Position numbers and translations under genes: made by a program. The notes below the pieces were generated by a model that worked only from the letters and a program-made list of their open reading frames with translations, did no database searches and was not told the origin of the DNA. From an uncultured Clostridium sp. (GTDB lineage: Bacteria > Bacillota > Clostridia > TANB77 > CAG-508), in assembly GCA_948465565.1 (NCBI GenBank), contig CAOJXR010000002.1, forward strand, positions 163,065 through 227,064: a DNA stretch of 64,000 nt, given 5' to 3'. This document shows positions 41,118 to 52,310 of this stretch, piece after piece (position 1 is the first letter of the stretch; every line of letters begins with the position of its first letter).

Positions 41118-43775
41118 TTAATTCATTTTTGTTAGCTTTTGTTCTACACTTTCTAGTAATTCCTTATAATTTGCAAGTTTAGCTTTTTCTTCATTTATCT
41201 TGCTCTCTGGTGCTTTAGCTACAAATCCAGGATTAGATAACATCTTTTCTCCTCTTGCAACTTCTGCTTCTAGTCTTTTCTTTTCATCTTGCAATCTCTT
41301 TTTCTCTTCTTCTAAATCGACTAAATCTTCAAATGGTATATGTACTTCCATATTTTTCGAAATAATTGCAACTGCATTTTCTGGGATATTGTCCGCTGTT
41401 TCTTGCACTTCTATTTTATTTGCAAATCCTAATTTTTCTAAGAATGTAGCTGATTGCTCAATCTCTTGTTTAGCAGTCTTTGTTACAAAAATAAGTTTTG
41501 TTTTCTTGCTTGGATGAACATTCATTTTGCTTCTTATATTACGTATTTCAACAATTATGTTCATTATTTCTGAAGTCATTTCTTCTTCTTTTTCAAAATT
41601 CAATTTTTCGTTATATTCTGGCCATTTTGTAATCATTATGCTCTCATCGTTAGTATACATTTTTGAATAAATTTCCTCTGTTATAAATGGCATAAATGGG
41701 TGTAATAATTTTAAACTTGTGCATAATACATAATTTAATATATATTGAACTGTATATCTTGAGCTATCTTCTTTGTTAAATAGTCTAGGTTTAACAATTT
41801 CAATATACCAATCGCAGAAATCATTTTTAATAAAGTCATATATTTTTTGAATAGCTACACCTAAATCGTATTTCTCTATGTTTTCTGTTATTTCTTTAAT
41901 TAAAGTATTAAGTTTAGAAATTATCCATTTATCAACATCTATCATTTTTGCAAAGTCTAGTTCCGTGATGTCTTTTTCAGCAAATTTTTCAATATCTTCT
42001 AATTGCATTAATACGAATTTTGATGCATTCCATAATTTATTTGCAAAATTACTTGCAGATTCAACTTTGTCATTGCTGTAACGAATGTCATTTCCAGGAG
42101 TTGTTCCCATTATTAAAGACATTCTTAAACTATCAGTTCCATAATCTTCAATTACATCTAATGGGTCTACTCCATTGCCTAATGTTTTTGACATTTTTCT
42201 TCCTTGATTATCACGTACAATTCCATGTACGAAAACATCTTTAAATGGCTCAATGTCTGTTAACTCTAGCCCTTGTGTCATCATTCTTGAAATCCAGAAA
42301 GTTATGATATCAAATCCTGTAACTAAGCATTGTGTCGGATAGAAATCTTTGAAATCTTGGCTATCTGTATTTGGCCATCCAAGTGTTGAGAAAGGCCATA
42401 GTGCTGAACTGAACCAGGTATCAAGTGTATCTTCATCTTGGTGTAAGTGTGTGCTTCCGCATTTTGTACATTTTTCTGGAGCTGTTTTTGATACATTTAT
42501 ATGTCCACATTCTTCACAATAATATGCTGGAATTCTGTGTCCCCACCATAATTGACGTGATATACACCAATCTTGAATATTATCTAACCAATTGAAATAT
42601 TGTTTTTCATATCTTTGTGGTATAAATTTTGTTTTACCTGCTCTTACGCTATCTGCTGCTCTTTTAGCTAAATCTTTCATACTTACGAACCATTGCTCTG
42701 ATACTTTTGGTTCGATTGTATTTTTACATCTTTCGCATTTTGCTACATTATGTGTATAATCTTCTGTTCTAACTAAAGCTCCAATTTCTTCTAGTTTTTG
42801 GACTATTTTCTTTCTAGCTTCTTTTAATTCCATTCCTGCATATTCTGGTACTAAATTTCCCATTTTAAAATTCTCGTCAAATACTTCAATTATCTCTAGG
42901 TTGTGTCTTAATCCTGCTTGATAATCGTTCATATCATGTGCTGGTGTTATTTTAACACAACCTGTTCCAAATTCTTTTTCTACAAAATCATCTGCTATAA
43001 TTGGAATTTCTTTATTCATTATTGGTAAGATACATGTTTTTCCTACTAAATTAGTATATCTTTCATCATTTGGATGTACTGCTACTGCTGTGTCTCCAAG
43101 CATTGTTTCTGGTCTTGTTGTTGCGACTTCTATATATTCGTCCTCTGTTCCTGTAATCTTGTATCTAATATGCCATAAGTGTGAAGCTTCTTCTTTATAT
43201 TCAACTTCTGCGTCTGAAATTGATGTATTACAACTTGTACACCAATTTACCATTCTTTTTCCTTTGTAAATTAGTCCTTTTTCATATAAACGAGTAAATT
43301 GTTCTAGTACTGCATCTGACATTCCTTCGTCTAATGTAAATCTGTTTCTTTCCCAGTCACAAGAACATCCTAATTTACGTTGTTGTGTTTGAATTATTCC
43401 ACCATATTCTTTTGTCCAATCCCACGCTGCTTCTAAGAATTTTTCTCTTCCTAACTGTGCTTTTGTTTTTCCTTCTGACTTTAATTTTTGAACTACTTTC
43501 ATTTCTGTGGAAATTGCAGCATGGTCAGAACCTGGCAACCATAATGTTCTATATCCTTGCATTCTTTTAAATCTGATTAAAATATCTTGCAACGTATCAT
43601 CTAGTGCGTGTCCCATATGTAACTTTCCTGTTACGTTTGGTGGTGGCATCATTATACAATATGTTTTTTGCCCCTTATCTTCTGCTGGTCTAAAATATCC
43701 TTTTTCTTCCCAATTTTTATAGATTTTTTCTTCAAAATCTTTTGGGTTTAGTTTTTCATTTAATTTATGTTCCAT
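41118..43775 (-). CDS. valS: valine--tRNA ligase
   Basis: PPPNVTGKLHMGHA (HIGH) and KMSKTLGN (KMSKS) class I motifs; C-terminal coiled-coil tail; 885 aa. Confidence 0.95.
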   Translation of the reverse strand: MEHKLNEKLNPKDFEEKIYKNWEEKGYFRPAEDKGQKTYCIMMPPPNVTGKLHMGHALDDTLQDILIRFKRMQGYRTLWLPGSDHAAISTEMKVVQKLKSEGKTKAQLGREKFLEAAWDWTKEYGGIIQTQQRKLGCSCDWERNRFTLDEGMSDAVLEQFTRLYEKGLIYKGKRMVNWCTSCNTSISDAEVEYKEEASHLWHIRYKITGTEDEYIEVATTRPETMLGDTAVAVHPNDERYTNLVGKTCILPIMNKEIPIIADDFVEKEFGTGCVKITPAHDMNDYQAGLRHNLEIIEVFDENFKMGNLVPEYAGMELKEARKKIVQKLEEIGALVRTEDYTHNVAKCERCKNTIEPKVSEQWFVSMKDLAKRAADSVRAGKTKFIPQRYEKQYFNWLDNIQDWCISRQLWWGHRIPAYYCEECGHINVSKTAPEKCTKCGSTHLHQDEDTLDTWFSSALWPFSTLGWPNTDSQDFKDFYPTQCLVTGFDIITFWISRMMTQGLELTDIEPFKDVFVHGIVRDNQGRKMSKTLGNGVDPLDVIEDYGTDSLRMSLIMGTTPGNDIRYSNDKVESASNFANKLWNASKFVLMQLEDIEKFAEKDITELDFAKMIDVDKWIISKLNTLIKEITENIEKYDLGVAIQKIYDFIKNDFCDWYIEIVKPRLFNKEDSSRYTVQYILNYVLCTSLKLLHPFMPFITEEIYSKMYTNDESIMITKWPEYNEKLNFEKEEEMTSEIMNIIVEIRNIRSKMNVHPSKKTKLIFVTKTAKQEIEQSATFLEKLGFANKIEVQETADNIPENAVAIISKNMEVHIPFEDLVDLEEEKKRLQDEKKRLEAEVARGEKMLSNPGFVAKAPESKINEEKAKLANYKELLESVEQKLTKMN

Positions 43776-43819
43776 TCTTCTCTCTCCTTTTATTGTTCTA
43801 ACTTATATCTTTATAGTTT

Positions 43820-44653
43820 TTAGAAAAACTTAATTTTATATTTACATTTAAATTTCTCATTTTGATTTAAGCCAATTATTCTTTTTTTCTCTTCAAAAAT
43901 TCCACTTGAATCTTTATAGTCTGCTGTATTATACCATGGCTCTATACAGACGAATGGTGCTCCCTTCTTTGACCAAATTGCTAAGTATGGAAATCCTGTA
44001 AAATCAAATTCTAGTATTTCTTTGTCTGTGTCTTTTTGTTTTAATGTAATTTTATTTGATTTTAGATTTTGCATTATTATTGCATCTCTATCAAAAGAGT
44101 CTTTTTTTAGATATATTCTGTTATATTGAATAATCTCTTCTTTTACTCTAGCCTTTGATATTAGTCCGCTTTCTAATTCTAGTATTCCTATTTCGTCTTC
44201 TGGCTTTTCAAATTCTATATAATAATTTTCACTTGAATAGTCACATTTAAATGCAGGATGTGCTCCTATTCCGAAAAATATATTTTTATTATCTTTGTTT
44301 TCTACTTCATATGTGACTGTTAGTGTGTCATTTTTTACTTGATATTTTACAGAAAGTAAAAAGTTATATGGATATTTTTTTAAAGTCTCTTCATTTGCTT
44401 CAAGTATGTATTCAACTTCATCATCTTTTTTGTCTACTTGTTTAAATTCCATATCTCTTGCAAAACCATGTTGTCCCATTTCGTAAGTTTGGTTTTCTAT
44501 AATTGTTTTTCCATCTTTTAAAGCACCTACTATTGGGAATAGTATTGGTGCATGTCTATTCCAATATTCTTTTCCATCATGTAGCATTTCTTGCCCGTCT
44601 TTTTGAATACTTATTAGTTCTGCTCCAGCTGTTTTTGATTGTATTTTAATCAT
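43820..44653 (-). CDS. aldose 1-epimerase-family protein (LacX/galactose-mutarotase-like)
   Basis: YWNRHAPILFPIVG, GAHPAF and FVCIEPW segments typical of the family. Confidence 0.6.
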   Translation of the reverse strand: MIKIQSKTAGAELISIQKDGQEMLHDGKEYWNRHAPILFPIVGALKDGKTIIENQTYEMGQHGFARDMEFKQVDKKDDEVEYILEANEETLKKYPYNFLLSVKYQVKNDTLTVTYEVENKDNKNIFFGIGAHPAFKCDYSSENYYIEFEKPEDEIGILELESGLISKARVKEEIIQYNRIYLKKDSFDRDAIIMQNLKSNKITLKQKDTDKEILEFDFTGFPYLAIWSKKGAPFVCIEPWYNTADYKDSSGIFEEKKRIIGLNQNEKFKCKYKIKFF

Positions 44654-44711
44654 TTTTCCTCCTAATATGGGTTTTCCATATATTTTTACATGTAGTCTAT
44701 TATATCACAAA

Positions 44712-44738
44712 AGCAGACTATTTCAATAGTAGTCTGCT
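44712..44738 (-). terminator. rho-independent terminator ending the dnaE-hyp-GT39 transcription unit
   Basis: agcagacta / tagtctgct 9-bp stem; minus strand followed by ttttgtg. Confidence 0.5.
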
Positions 44739-44755
44739 TCTTAATATTTAATCTT

Positions 44756-46795
44756 TTATTTATAAATTCTAAATATTACTTGGTCTACACCTTCACATCC
44801 ATTATATAAAAGCTCATATTGTGTAAAGCCAGTGTTTTCCATTATTTTCTGTCTAACTCCTTCTGGGTCCATGCTTGAGTTAACACTTAATATAAATTCG
44901 TTTGCATTTTGTAGTTCTTCATTGTTAATTGTTGCTTCTAGTTGGTCATTATATATCATTAATGTTTTATTATAGTTCATAAATTCTGGTAAAGATTGTA
45001 TATGATTGAAGAATGTATATCCTACATATACTAGGTTATCTTCGCTATATTCTTTAGATATTTCAATATAATTATCATATCCTTTATACAAATATTGTGG
45101 TTTTTCTGTTGTAAATCCATACCAAGAAAGCAATATTACTGCTGCAAATGCTATCATATTGTTATATATTTTGTTTTCATATATTGATCCCACTGCCATC
45201 ATTATTAATACTGCAATTATTGGCAAAATATTCATAACATAGCGTAGTTCAAGAAATTCAGCTATTTTAGCAATTACTAATATGTACATAATTGTTGGAC
45301 CAATAAGCACTGACATTAATCCTCTTTCTGTTTTTCTTCTTATAACAATTGCTAAAAGTGCAATTGCAAATAGTGCTAATACAATCTCCCATTTGCTTCC
45401 GAAATATCTTAAAATCATATTAAAATATGTAGATACTCTGTCTCCATAGTTTTCTGCTTCAAATGAACCTATTCTTCTATCTGAATGTAACAAATGATCA
45501 ATTGAACTTGGGAATATTAGTAATCCTATAATTGCTGCTAATACTAATGTTCCAATATATTTAAACATTTCTTTGAATTTCTTGTTTACAATGAATAATA
45601 TTATCATAAATAAACTTACTAATGCCGCATATATTGCGAAAAAGTATTGTGTTAAAAATCCTAGAACTGATACTACAAATAAGCCTAGTATATGTTTTTT
45701 GGTTAATACGAATTTATTTTTCAGTATTGATATATTTAAATATAAATATGCTATTGTGAAAAATGTTAGCATCATGTACATTCTTTGGAACATCATTGTT
45801 GATATTCCTCCAAGACTTAGACCATATAATGCAACAGTTAAAATTGATATTGGTTTTCTATCAATTAAGTTTAATATTTTCCAAATTAATATACATGTTC
45901 CAATAAAGAATGGTAATGATATGAAAAATATTATATATTTTGAAAATGTGTTATTTAATATTGAACATACTGTATGTACTATCATATAAAATAGTGGTGG
46001 ATGCACATCATTTTTTTGATTTTCGTATACGGCTTTATAGTTAAATCTATTGTTTAGCGCTTTCATATAGTTGTTTGCTTCTTCTCGTGTACGCCAAACT
46101 ATGTCATCTCCTTTATATGAATAAAACACTGATTCTTCTGCACAATTTGATGATCCATAAGAAAATATCTCGTCACAATGGAATCCTTCTTTTTGTATCA
46201 TAAAGAATAACATTATTGCACATAGAATAGTTATTAATACACCTAATTTTATTTTTTGTCTTTTATTTTCTACAAGCGCTTCTGGTTTTGTTTCTTCTCT
46301 TTCTGTTGTTACTGTTCCCATTCTTTTGATTTCTTTTTTATATTCTTTTAGGCTTTTTCTAGAAATTTCATTTATTAGTTTATATACTTTTTCTTTATCT
46401 AGTACTTGCAATTCTCCTGTTTTAAATTGCACTACATCCTTTATTTCCTCCGGAATGTCTAAGTTATATAATTTTATTATTTCTTCATTTAATATATCAT
46501 AGTCATTGTATATTTCTTTGCTACGTACTGTAAAATATTTATTATAAAATAAATAATCTACTATCAGATGTAAAAAATATCCTTGTATATAACTTGTATG
46601 TAACGTATTTGAGTCTATGAATTTTTTTAAATTTACTTCTGAACTTGTAGTGTCGCTGTAGTGTGTTAATTGCTTTGTGTCTGTTGATAGTAAATCTGGT
46701 GCTAATGTTCCTTTTAGAAATTCTTCTTCATCTTTTACTTTGAAATTTCTGATGTATTCTCTGGCGACAGCCAAGTGGATTACATATCCAGCCAT
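44756..46795 (-). CDS. GT-C-fold membrane glycosyltransferase (family 39/83, ArnT/PMT-like) with an extra N-terminal ~170-aa cytoplasmic domain
   Basis: About 11 TM helices; first-loop motif FHCDEIFSYG and HPPLFY as in ArnT/PMT_2; N-terminal soluble domain of unknown identity. Confidence 0.55.
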   Translation of the reverse strand: MAGYVIHLAVAREYIRNFKVKDEEEFLKGTLAPDLLSTDTKQLTHYSDTTSSEVNLKKFIDSNTLHTSYIQGYFLHLIVDYLFYNKYFTVRSKEIYNDYDILNEEIIKLYNLDIPEEIKDVVQFKTGELQVLDKEKVYKLINEISRKSLKEYKKEIKRMGTVTTEREETKPEALVENKRQKIKLGVLITILCAIMLFFMIQKEGFHCDEIFSYGSSNCAEESVFYSYKGDDIVWRTREEANNYMKALNNRFNYKAVYENQKNDVHPPLFYMIVHTVCSILNNTFSKYIIFFISLPFFIGTCILIWKILNLIDRKPISILTVALYGLSLGGISTMMFQRMYMMLTFFTIAYLYLNISILKNKFVLTKKHILGLFVVSVLGFLTQYFFAIYAALVSLFMIILFIVNKKFKEMFKYIGTLVLAAIIGLLIFPSSIDHLLHSDRRIGSFEAENYGDRVSTYFNMILRYFGSKWEIVLALFAIALLAIVIRRKTERGLMSVLIGPTIMYILVIAKIAEFLELRYVMNILPIIAVLIMMAVGSIYENKIYNNMIAFAAVILLSWYGFTTEKPQYLYKGYDNYIEISKEYSEDNLVYVGYTFFNHIQSLPEFMNYNKTLMIYNDQLEATINNEELQNANEFILSVNSSMDPEGVRQKIMENTGFTQYELLYNGCEGVDQVIFRIYK

Positions 46796-46811
46796 ATTAG
46801 TGCTTCCTTTC

Positions 46812-47972
46812 TTATCTTTCTTCTTCCTTATCTTTTGTTCTCATCAATTCCTCTATTTTCTTATATACTTCATAAAAGATTATATTTTCATAATCGCTTA
46901 CTTTCATTTTTGATATATCTGTTACTAAGCTTCCATTTGTTTCATCAGGTGTTGATATTATTTCAATTCCTGGGACATCACATTCCATTCTTGACATATA
47001 GTTTAAGAATTTGTTTGTTATATTAAATTGTACTCTTTTATAATCTCCTTGATGTGCGTATAAGTCTCTTAATCTTTCTTTTCTACCTGGTGCCTCATGT
47101 GCTAATTCATACTCAATTCTATCTTCTATGAGCATCTCTTTACTTGCTACTCTTTCTGGTAAATATGATTGCATTGCTACTTTATTGATTCCTGCTTGTT
47201 TTAGCATACTTAAGAAAGCAAATAAACTTAAGTATGCATATGGCTCTTGTCTTAAATATGATTCTTGATAATCTTCTGGCACATTATCCATAGAATTTAG
47301 TTTATATCTACTTCTATTTATTTTCTTTACTTCCGAACTTTTTTCGACACTTTCGTCTCTGTCTGGTGCTTGAATTCCGTAAATATATGCGACTCCATTA
47401 CTTATTCCATATGCTATTCTTGGTAATTCTTTTTGAACATCACCTTTTTGGACTTTAAATCTTATTGCTGTTGGTGTTTCTTGAAATTCTTGCTGTTCTG
47501 CTTTAGATATTATAAATGATGAATTGCTTAGTGTTTGCAATTTGTCTATTTGCTTTCCTCCCCAAAATTCATCAAAAGTTTTATCTCTTAAAAAATCTGT
47601 ATATCTTCTTAAAAATTTTATTGGATTATCAAAATCGTCTGGTGTTGCATTAAGCCATACTACAGATATTGCATGTAATAATTTCTCTTCTTCTGAAAAA
47701 CATGATGATAATGGGTTTGCCCAATTAAGTTCACTTGAAAAGAAGGTTTGTACATATTCAGTTAATGCTTGTTCAAATGCTGGTAAACACGCTCCTTTCA
47801 GATTTAGTAAAGGTATTTCAGGATTTACAATTTCTTCTTTCTCGTCTGTAATATAGTTTAACGGTCTTATATATTCTGTTCTTCCTGTTATAACTTTTTG
47901 CTTCCCTGCAACTTTTTCCCAGAATACTTTCATAATATCTTTTTTACTTAATCCATTATTCAAGTTCAACAT
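46812..47972 (-). CDS. hypothetical protein, translationally coupled to dnaE (overlaps its 3' end)
   Basis: 386-aa ORF with no recognised motif; 17-nt overlap with dnaE. Confidence 0.45.
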   Translation of the reverse strand: MLNLNNGLSKKDIMKVFWEKVAGKQKVITGRTEYIRPLNYITDEKEEIVNPEIPLLNLKGACLPAFEQALTEYVQTFFSSELNWANPLSSCFSEEEKLLHAISVVWLNATPDDFDNPIKFLRRYTDFLRDKTFDEFWGGKQIDKLQTLSNSSFIISKAEQQEFQETPTAIRFKVQKGDVQKELPRIAYGISNGVAYIYGIQAPDRDESVEKSSEVKKINRSRYKLNSMDNVPEDYQESYLRQEPYAYLSLFAFLSMLKQAGINKVAMQSYLPERVASKEMLIEDRIEYELAHEAPGRKERLRDLYAHQGDYKRVQFNITNKFLNYMSRMECDVPGIEIISTPDETNGSLVTDISKMKVSDYENIIFYEVYKKIEELMRTKDKEEER

Positions 47973-50900
47973 TTTTCTCTCCTACTATTTCTCTAAACTG
48001 GTCTAAGATTTCGTCAGTTAAATATATTGCTCCACATGGTTTTTCTTGTGCCTTATCTATGATACTTAATTTCATGTTTACTCTATCTCCTGAGAAAAAT
48101 CTTATTGCACCTTTTAGTTTTTCTCTTTTGTCTTCTTCTAATTCTGTGATATCTATTTTCATTAAATTTTTACGTCTTTTTTCTTCTCCTGCTTCTTCTG
48201 AAAATTCTTTTATATTTTGAACTATTATTCTAGCTTCTTCGTCTTCTTTTATGCTTAGTCGCCCTTCTACTATAATAATATTTTCTTCTACTAATATATT
48301 ATCGCACCTTGAATAGATACTGTCAAATACAACTATTTCTGCATTTCCATATAAGTCTTCAACTGTTATAAATGCCATTATCGTATTTCTTTTTGTGTAT
48401 TTTTTCTTAATAGAAGTTATTGTTCCAGCATATTTTACAATTTGCCCATCTCTAAATCCTGACATGTTTTCTTCATTTAGCTGTCTTATTTGAAGTGAAT
48501 TTATATTGGTTTGTTTTTTTATTGCTTCTTTTATTTTTTCTAGTGGATGACCTGATAAATATATTCCAAGCATTTCTTTTTCTAGGCTTAACATTTCTTT
48601 TTCATCTAATTCGTTTAGAATTGTGTATTTGTACTTTAACGTTTCTGGTTGTTCTATCATATCAAACATTGATACTTGGTTTGCGACTTGATTTTTTCCT
48701 TGATTATTTATCACATCTATTATATTTTCAAAAGATGCTAATAATGTTGCTCTTGTTTGGTTCATTTCATCAAAGCATCCAGCTTTAATTAAACATTCTA
48801 TACACTTTTTGTTAACAGTTCCTGATTGAATTCTTTCACAAAAGTCTGTGAATGACTTGAATTCTCCATTTTCTGTACGTTCTTTTATAACAGTTTCTAT
48901 TGCTGCTACACCAACATTTTTTATACTTCCTAGTCCAAATCTTATTTTACCGTCCTGAACTGTGAATTTTGTATAGCTTTTGTTTATGTCTGGTTTTAAT
49001 ATTTCTATATTTAGCCTTTTACATTCATCTATGTAAATTGGTACTTTGTCAAGATTTCCTAGATAGCTATTTAATGTAGCTGCCATGAATTCTTCTGGAT
49101 AATAAGCTTTTAAGTATGCTGTTCTATATGATACAACTGAATATGCTGCTGCGTGTGATTTGTTGAATGCATACTTTGCAAACTCTGCCATTTCGTCAAA
49201 TATTTTATCTGCTGACTCTGCATCTATCCCATTTCTTACACATCCTGGTACTAATACGTTTCCTTCTTCGTCAACTTGTCCATGTATAAAGTATTCTCTT
49301 TCTTTTGCCATTACATCAAGCTTTTTCTTTCCCATTGCTCTACGTACTAAATCAGCTCTACCAAGTGAATATCCTGCTAAGTCCCTAACTATTTGCATAA
49401 CTTGTTCTTGGTATACCATACATCCATAAGTTACATTTAATATTGGCTCTAAGCTTGGATGTGTATAGACATTGTGTCCTGGATTTTGCTTTCCTTTAAC
49501 ATATCTTGGTATTTGGTCCATTGGTCCTGGTCGATATAATGAAACACCTGCGATTATGTCTTCTAAGCTATCTGGCTTTAGGTCTTTCATAAAGTTTGTC
49601 ATTCCTTGACTTTCAAACTGGAATATACCAATACTTTGTCCTTCTGCCCATAGTTTGTATACTTTTGGGTCATTCATGTCTTTGTCATATTTTACGTCTA
49701 TTCCTCTAGTTTGTTTTACTAGTTTTTCTGTATCTGATATAACTGTAAGAGTTCTAAGTCCTAAAAAGTCCATTTTTAGAAGCCCTAGTTCTTCAAGTAA
49801 TGTCATTGTGTACTGTGTTGAAATGTTTCCATCATTTACATATAACGGAACATATGTATCAACTGGGTCTTTTGTGATAACTATACCACATGCGTGTGTT
49901 GATGCCTGTCTTGGCAAGCCTTCAAGTTTTATCGCTATATCTATTAGTTCTTTTACTTTTTCATCTGATTCATATAATTCTTTTAGTTCTCTATTTTGCT
50001 CTAATGCTTTTGGAATTGTTATGTGTACTTCCATTGGTATCATTTTTGCTAGCTTGTCTGTTTCTGAATATGGGTAGTCTAAAACTCTTCCAACATCGCG
50101 AATTACCATTCTTGCTGCCATTGTTCCAAATGTTATAATCTGTGAAACGTGGTCTTTTCCGTATTTTCGTTCAACATAATCTATAACTTCTTGACGTCTT
50201 TCATAGCAAAAGTCAACGTCAAAATCTGGCATACTTATTCTTTCTGGGTTTAGGAATCTCTCAAAAATTAGCCCATATTTTATTGGGTCTATATCTGTTA
50301 TTCCAATTGCATATGCTGCAATTGAACCTGCTCCTGAACCACGTCCAGGCCCTACTGGTATTCCTACTGATTTTGCATAATTTATATAATCCCAAACAAT
50401 TAAGAAATAGTCTACATATCCCATTTTTTCAATGACTGATATTTCATATTCAAGCCTGTCCATTATTTCTTTTTCTGGGGTTTCGCCATATCTGTTTTTT
50501 ATTCCCTTGTAACATAAGTCTTTGAAGTAATCTGCATGTGTTTCAAATTCTTCTGGTACATCGTAGTTCGGTAATTTTGTTACACCAAATTCGAAATCGT
50601 AATTGCACTTTTCTGCTATTTTTACAGTGTTTTCTATTGCGTCTGGAAATTCTGAAAAATATTCTGACATTTCTTCTGGTGATTTTATATAGAACTCTTC
50701 TGTTTCAAATCTCATTCTGTCTTCATCTGACATTCTTTTTCCTGTTTGTATGCATAATAATACTTCATGGAAATAACTATCTTCTTTTTTTAGATAATGC
50801 GCGTCATTCGTTGCAACTAGTGGAATGTCTAGTTTTCTTGCTAATGCTATTAATTTTTGGTTTATTCTTATTTGCTCTCTTAATCCATTATGTTGGATTT

Positions 50901-51414
50901 CGATGTAATAGTCATCTTTAAAAATATTTTTGTGCCAAAGTGCAATTTCTTCTGCTTTTTCCATATCGTCTCTTATTAATGCTTGGCTTAGTCTTCCTGC
51001 TAAACATGCACTTAAGCATACTAATCCTTCGCTATATTTTTCTAATATTTCTAGGTCAATACGTGGTTTATAATAAAATCCATCTATGAATGATAATGAT
51101 ACTAATTTTGTTAAATTTTGATATCCTGTTTTATTTTTTGCAAGTAGTATTAAGTGATTGTATCCGCTATCAATGTTTGCTTCTTTGTCAAATCTTGAAC
51201 GTGTTGCTACATACACTTCACATCCAATGATTGGCTTTATATCATTTTTTTTGCATTCTTTATAAAAGTCAACTGCACCATACATAACCCCATGGTCTGT
51301 AAGTGCCATTGCCTTCATTCCTAATTCTTTTGCTCTTACTGGTAGATCTTTTATTCTGCTCATTCCGTCGAGTAAGCTATACTCACTATGGACGTGCAAG
51401 TGTACGAACTCCAT
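47956..51414 (-). CDS. dnaE: DNA polymerase III alpha subunit (DnaE-type)
   Basis: N-terminal PHP domain HLHVHSEYSLLDG...ALTDHG; polymerase core; 1152 aa. Confidence 0.95.
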   Translation of the reverse strand: MEFVHLHVHSEYSLLDGMSRIKDLPVRAKELGMKAMALTDHGVMYGAVDFYKECKKNDIKPIIGCEVYVATRSRFDKEANIDSGYNHLILLAKNKTGYQNLTKLVSLSFIDGFYYKPRIDLEILEKYSEGLVCLSACLAGRLSQALIRDDMEKAEEIALWHKNIFKDDYYIEIQHNGLREQIRINQKLIALARKLDIPLVATNDAHYLKKEDSYFHEVLLCIQTGKRMSDEDRMRFETEEFYIKSPEEMSEYFSEFPDAIENTVKIAEKCNYDFEFGVTKLPNYDVPEEFETHADYFKDLCYKGIKNRYGETPEKEIMDRLEYEISVIEKMGYVDYFLIVWDYINYAKSVGIPVGPGRGSGAGSIAAYAIGITDIDPIKYGLIFERFLNPERISMPDFDVDFCYERRQEVIDYVERKYGKDHVSQIITFGTMAARMVIRDVGRVLDYPYSETDKLAKMIPMEVHITIPKALEQNRELKELYESDEKVKELIDIAIKLEGLPRQASTHACGIVITKDPVDTYVPLYVNDGNISTQYTMTLLEELGLLKMDFLGLRTLTVISDTEKLVKQTRGIDVKYDKDMNDPKVYKLWAEGQSIGIFQFESQGMTNFMKDLKPDSLEDIIAGVSLYRPGPMDQIPRYVKGKQNPGHNVYTHPSLEPILNVTYGCMVYQEQVMQIVRDLAGYSLGRADLVRRAMGKKKLDVMAKEREYFIHGQVDEEGNVLVPGCVRNGIDAESADKIFDEMAEFAKYAFNKSHAAAYSVVSYRTAYLKAYYPEEFMAATLNSYLGNLDKVPIYIDECKRLNIEILKPDINKSYTKFTVQDGKIRFGLGSIKNVGVAAIETVIKERTENGEFKSFTDFCERIQSGTVNKKCIECLIKAGCFDEMNQTRATLLASFENIIDVINNQGKNQVANQVSMFDMIEQPETLKYKYTILNELDEKEMLSLEKEMLGIYLSGHPLEKIKEAIKKQTNINSLQIRQLNEENMSGFRDGQIVKYAGTITSIKKKYTKRNTIMAFITVEDLYGNAEIVVFDSIYSRCDNILVEENIIIVEGRLSIKEDEEARIIVQNIKEFSEEAGEEKRRKNLMKIDITELEEDKREKLKGAIRFFSGDRVNMKLSIIDKAQEKPCGAIYLTDEILDQFREIVGEKNVELE

Positions 51415-51430
51415 TGTCTCTCCTTTATTT

Positions 51431-51667
51431 TTACAACAATTTTATTATTTCTTCTATATTTTTTCCTTCGACTTTTGGTATTGATAATATCTCGAATTTT
51501 GAAGTTTTGTCTCCGAATTGAATTTCTAAAATGTCTCCTGGTTTTACTTCATAGCTTGGTTTTACAATTTTTCCGTTTACAGCTACTCTGCCATTGTCTG
51601 CTACTTCGTTTGCAATACTTCTTCTTTTTATTACTCTACTCATTTTTAAAAATTTGTCTAATCTCAT
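51431..51667 (-). CDS. S4-domain RNA-binding protein
   Basis: MRLDKFLKMSRVIKRRSIANEV...GRVAVNGK S4 fold signature. Confidence 0.7.
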   Translation of the reverse strand: MRLDKFLKMSRVIKRRSIANEVADNGRVAVNGKIVKPSYEVKPGDILEIQFGDKTSKFEILSIPKVEGKNIEEIIKLL

Positions 51668-51835
51668 GTATTCTCCCTTTTTGTATGTAATTTTCTCTAT
51701 TTTTTATATCACATTTTGATTTATTTCTCAATAGTTTAAAACACTTCTCATAATTTTTTTAATTTAATGTTGCAGAGGGCGAAGCTTTTTCAAGCTCCGC
51801 CCTCTTTATGGGATTATTCAAGTTTTTCGACTCAT

Positions 51836-52204
51836 TTATATAAATCTCCTTCTATTGCAACCGCAGCTTTGTGCTCCTTGATTTTGAAGGTTTTGTGCCG
51901 CTTCTGCATTGGCATTTTCTATTAATTGTTGCAGACAATTTTCTGCTTGATTACATCCGCAATTTCCATTGTTTGAGTTATTGGTCCACTGTCTTGTTAT
52001 CCATGCTACTATAAATGATAATATTGTGTACAAAATTGTGAATATTAATAGGGTTTCATCTCCTATTGCAAAAGTTACTATTAGTAATATTGAAAATGTT
52101 ATTCCTGCTATTTTTATTGGGCAATTTATTAATGTTTCAAATATTATTGATAATATTATTATGGCTATTGGAATTGCAAAAAACAAAAGTAATATATTAC
52201 TCAT
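51836..52204 (-). CDS. small membrane protein with duplicated CGCN motif in a C-terminal tail
   Basis: Three TM helices then GNCGCNQAEN...QSCGCNRRRF; no family recognised. Confidence 0.4.
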   Translation of the reverse strand: MSNILLLFFAIPIAIIILSIIFETLINCPIKIAGITFSILLIVTFAIGDETLLIFTILYTILSFIVAWITRQWTNNSNNGNCGCNQAENCLQQLIENANAEAAQNLQNQGAQSCGCNRRRFI

Positions 52205-52310
52205 ATTTTTCTCCTTTTATGTAGATTTTGTATATAATATTCCATTTGCGTTGTTTTGGTGTGTTTATGAAATGCAAAATAAAAACACCAGGTTTTCTGA
52301 TGTTTTTATT

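Noticed and set aside
39040-41125. Target-site duplication flanking the GC island
   Set aside because: The two aattcattttt copies are adjacent at the right boundary only; no copy at the left boundary, so not a TSD.
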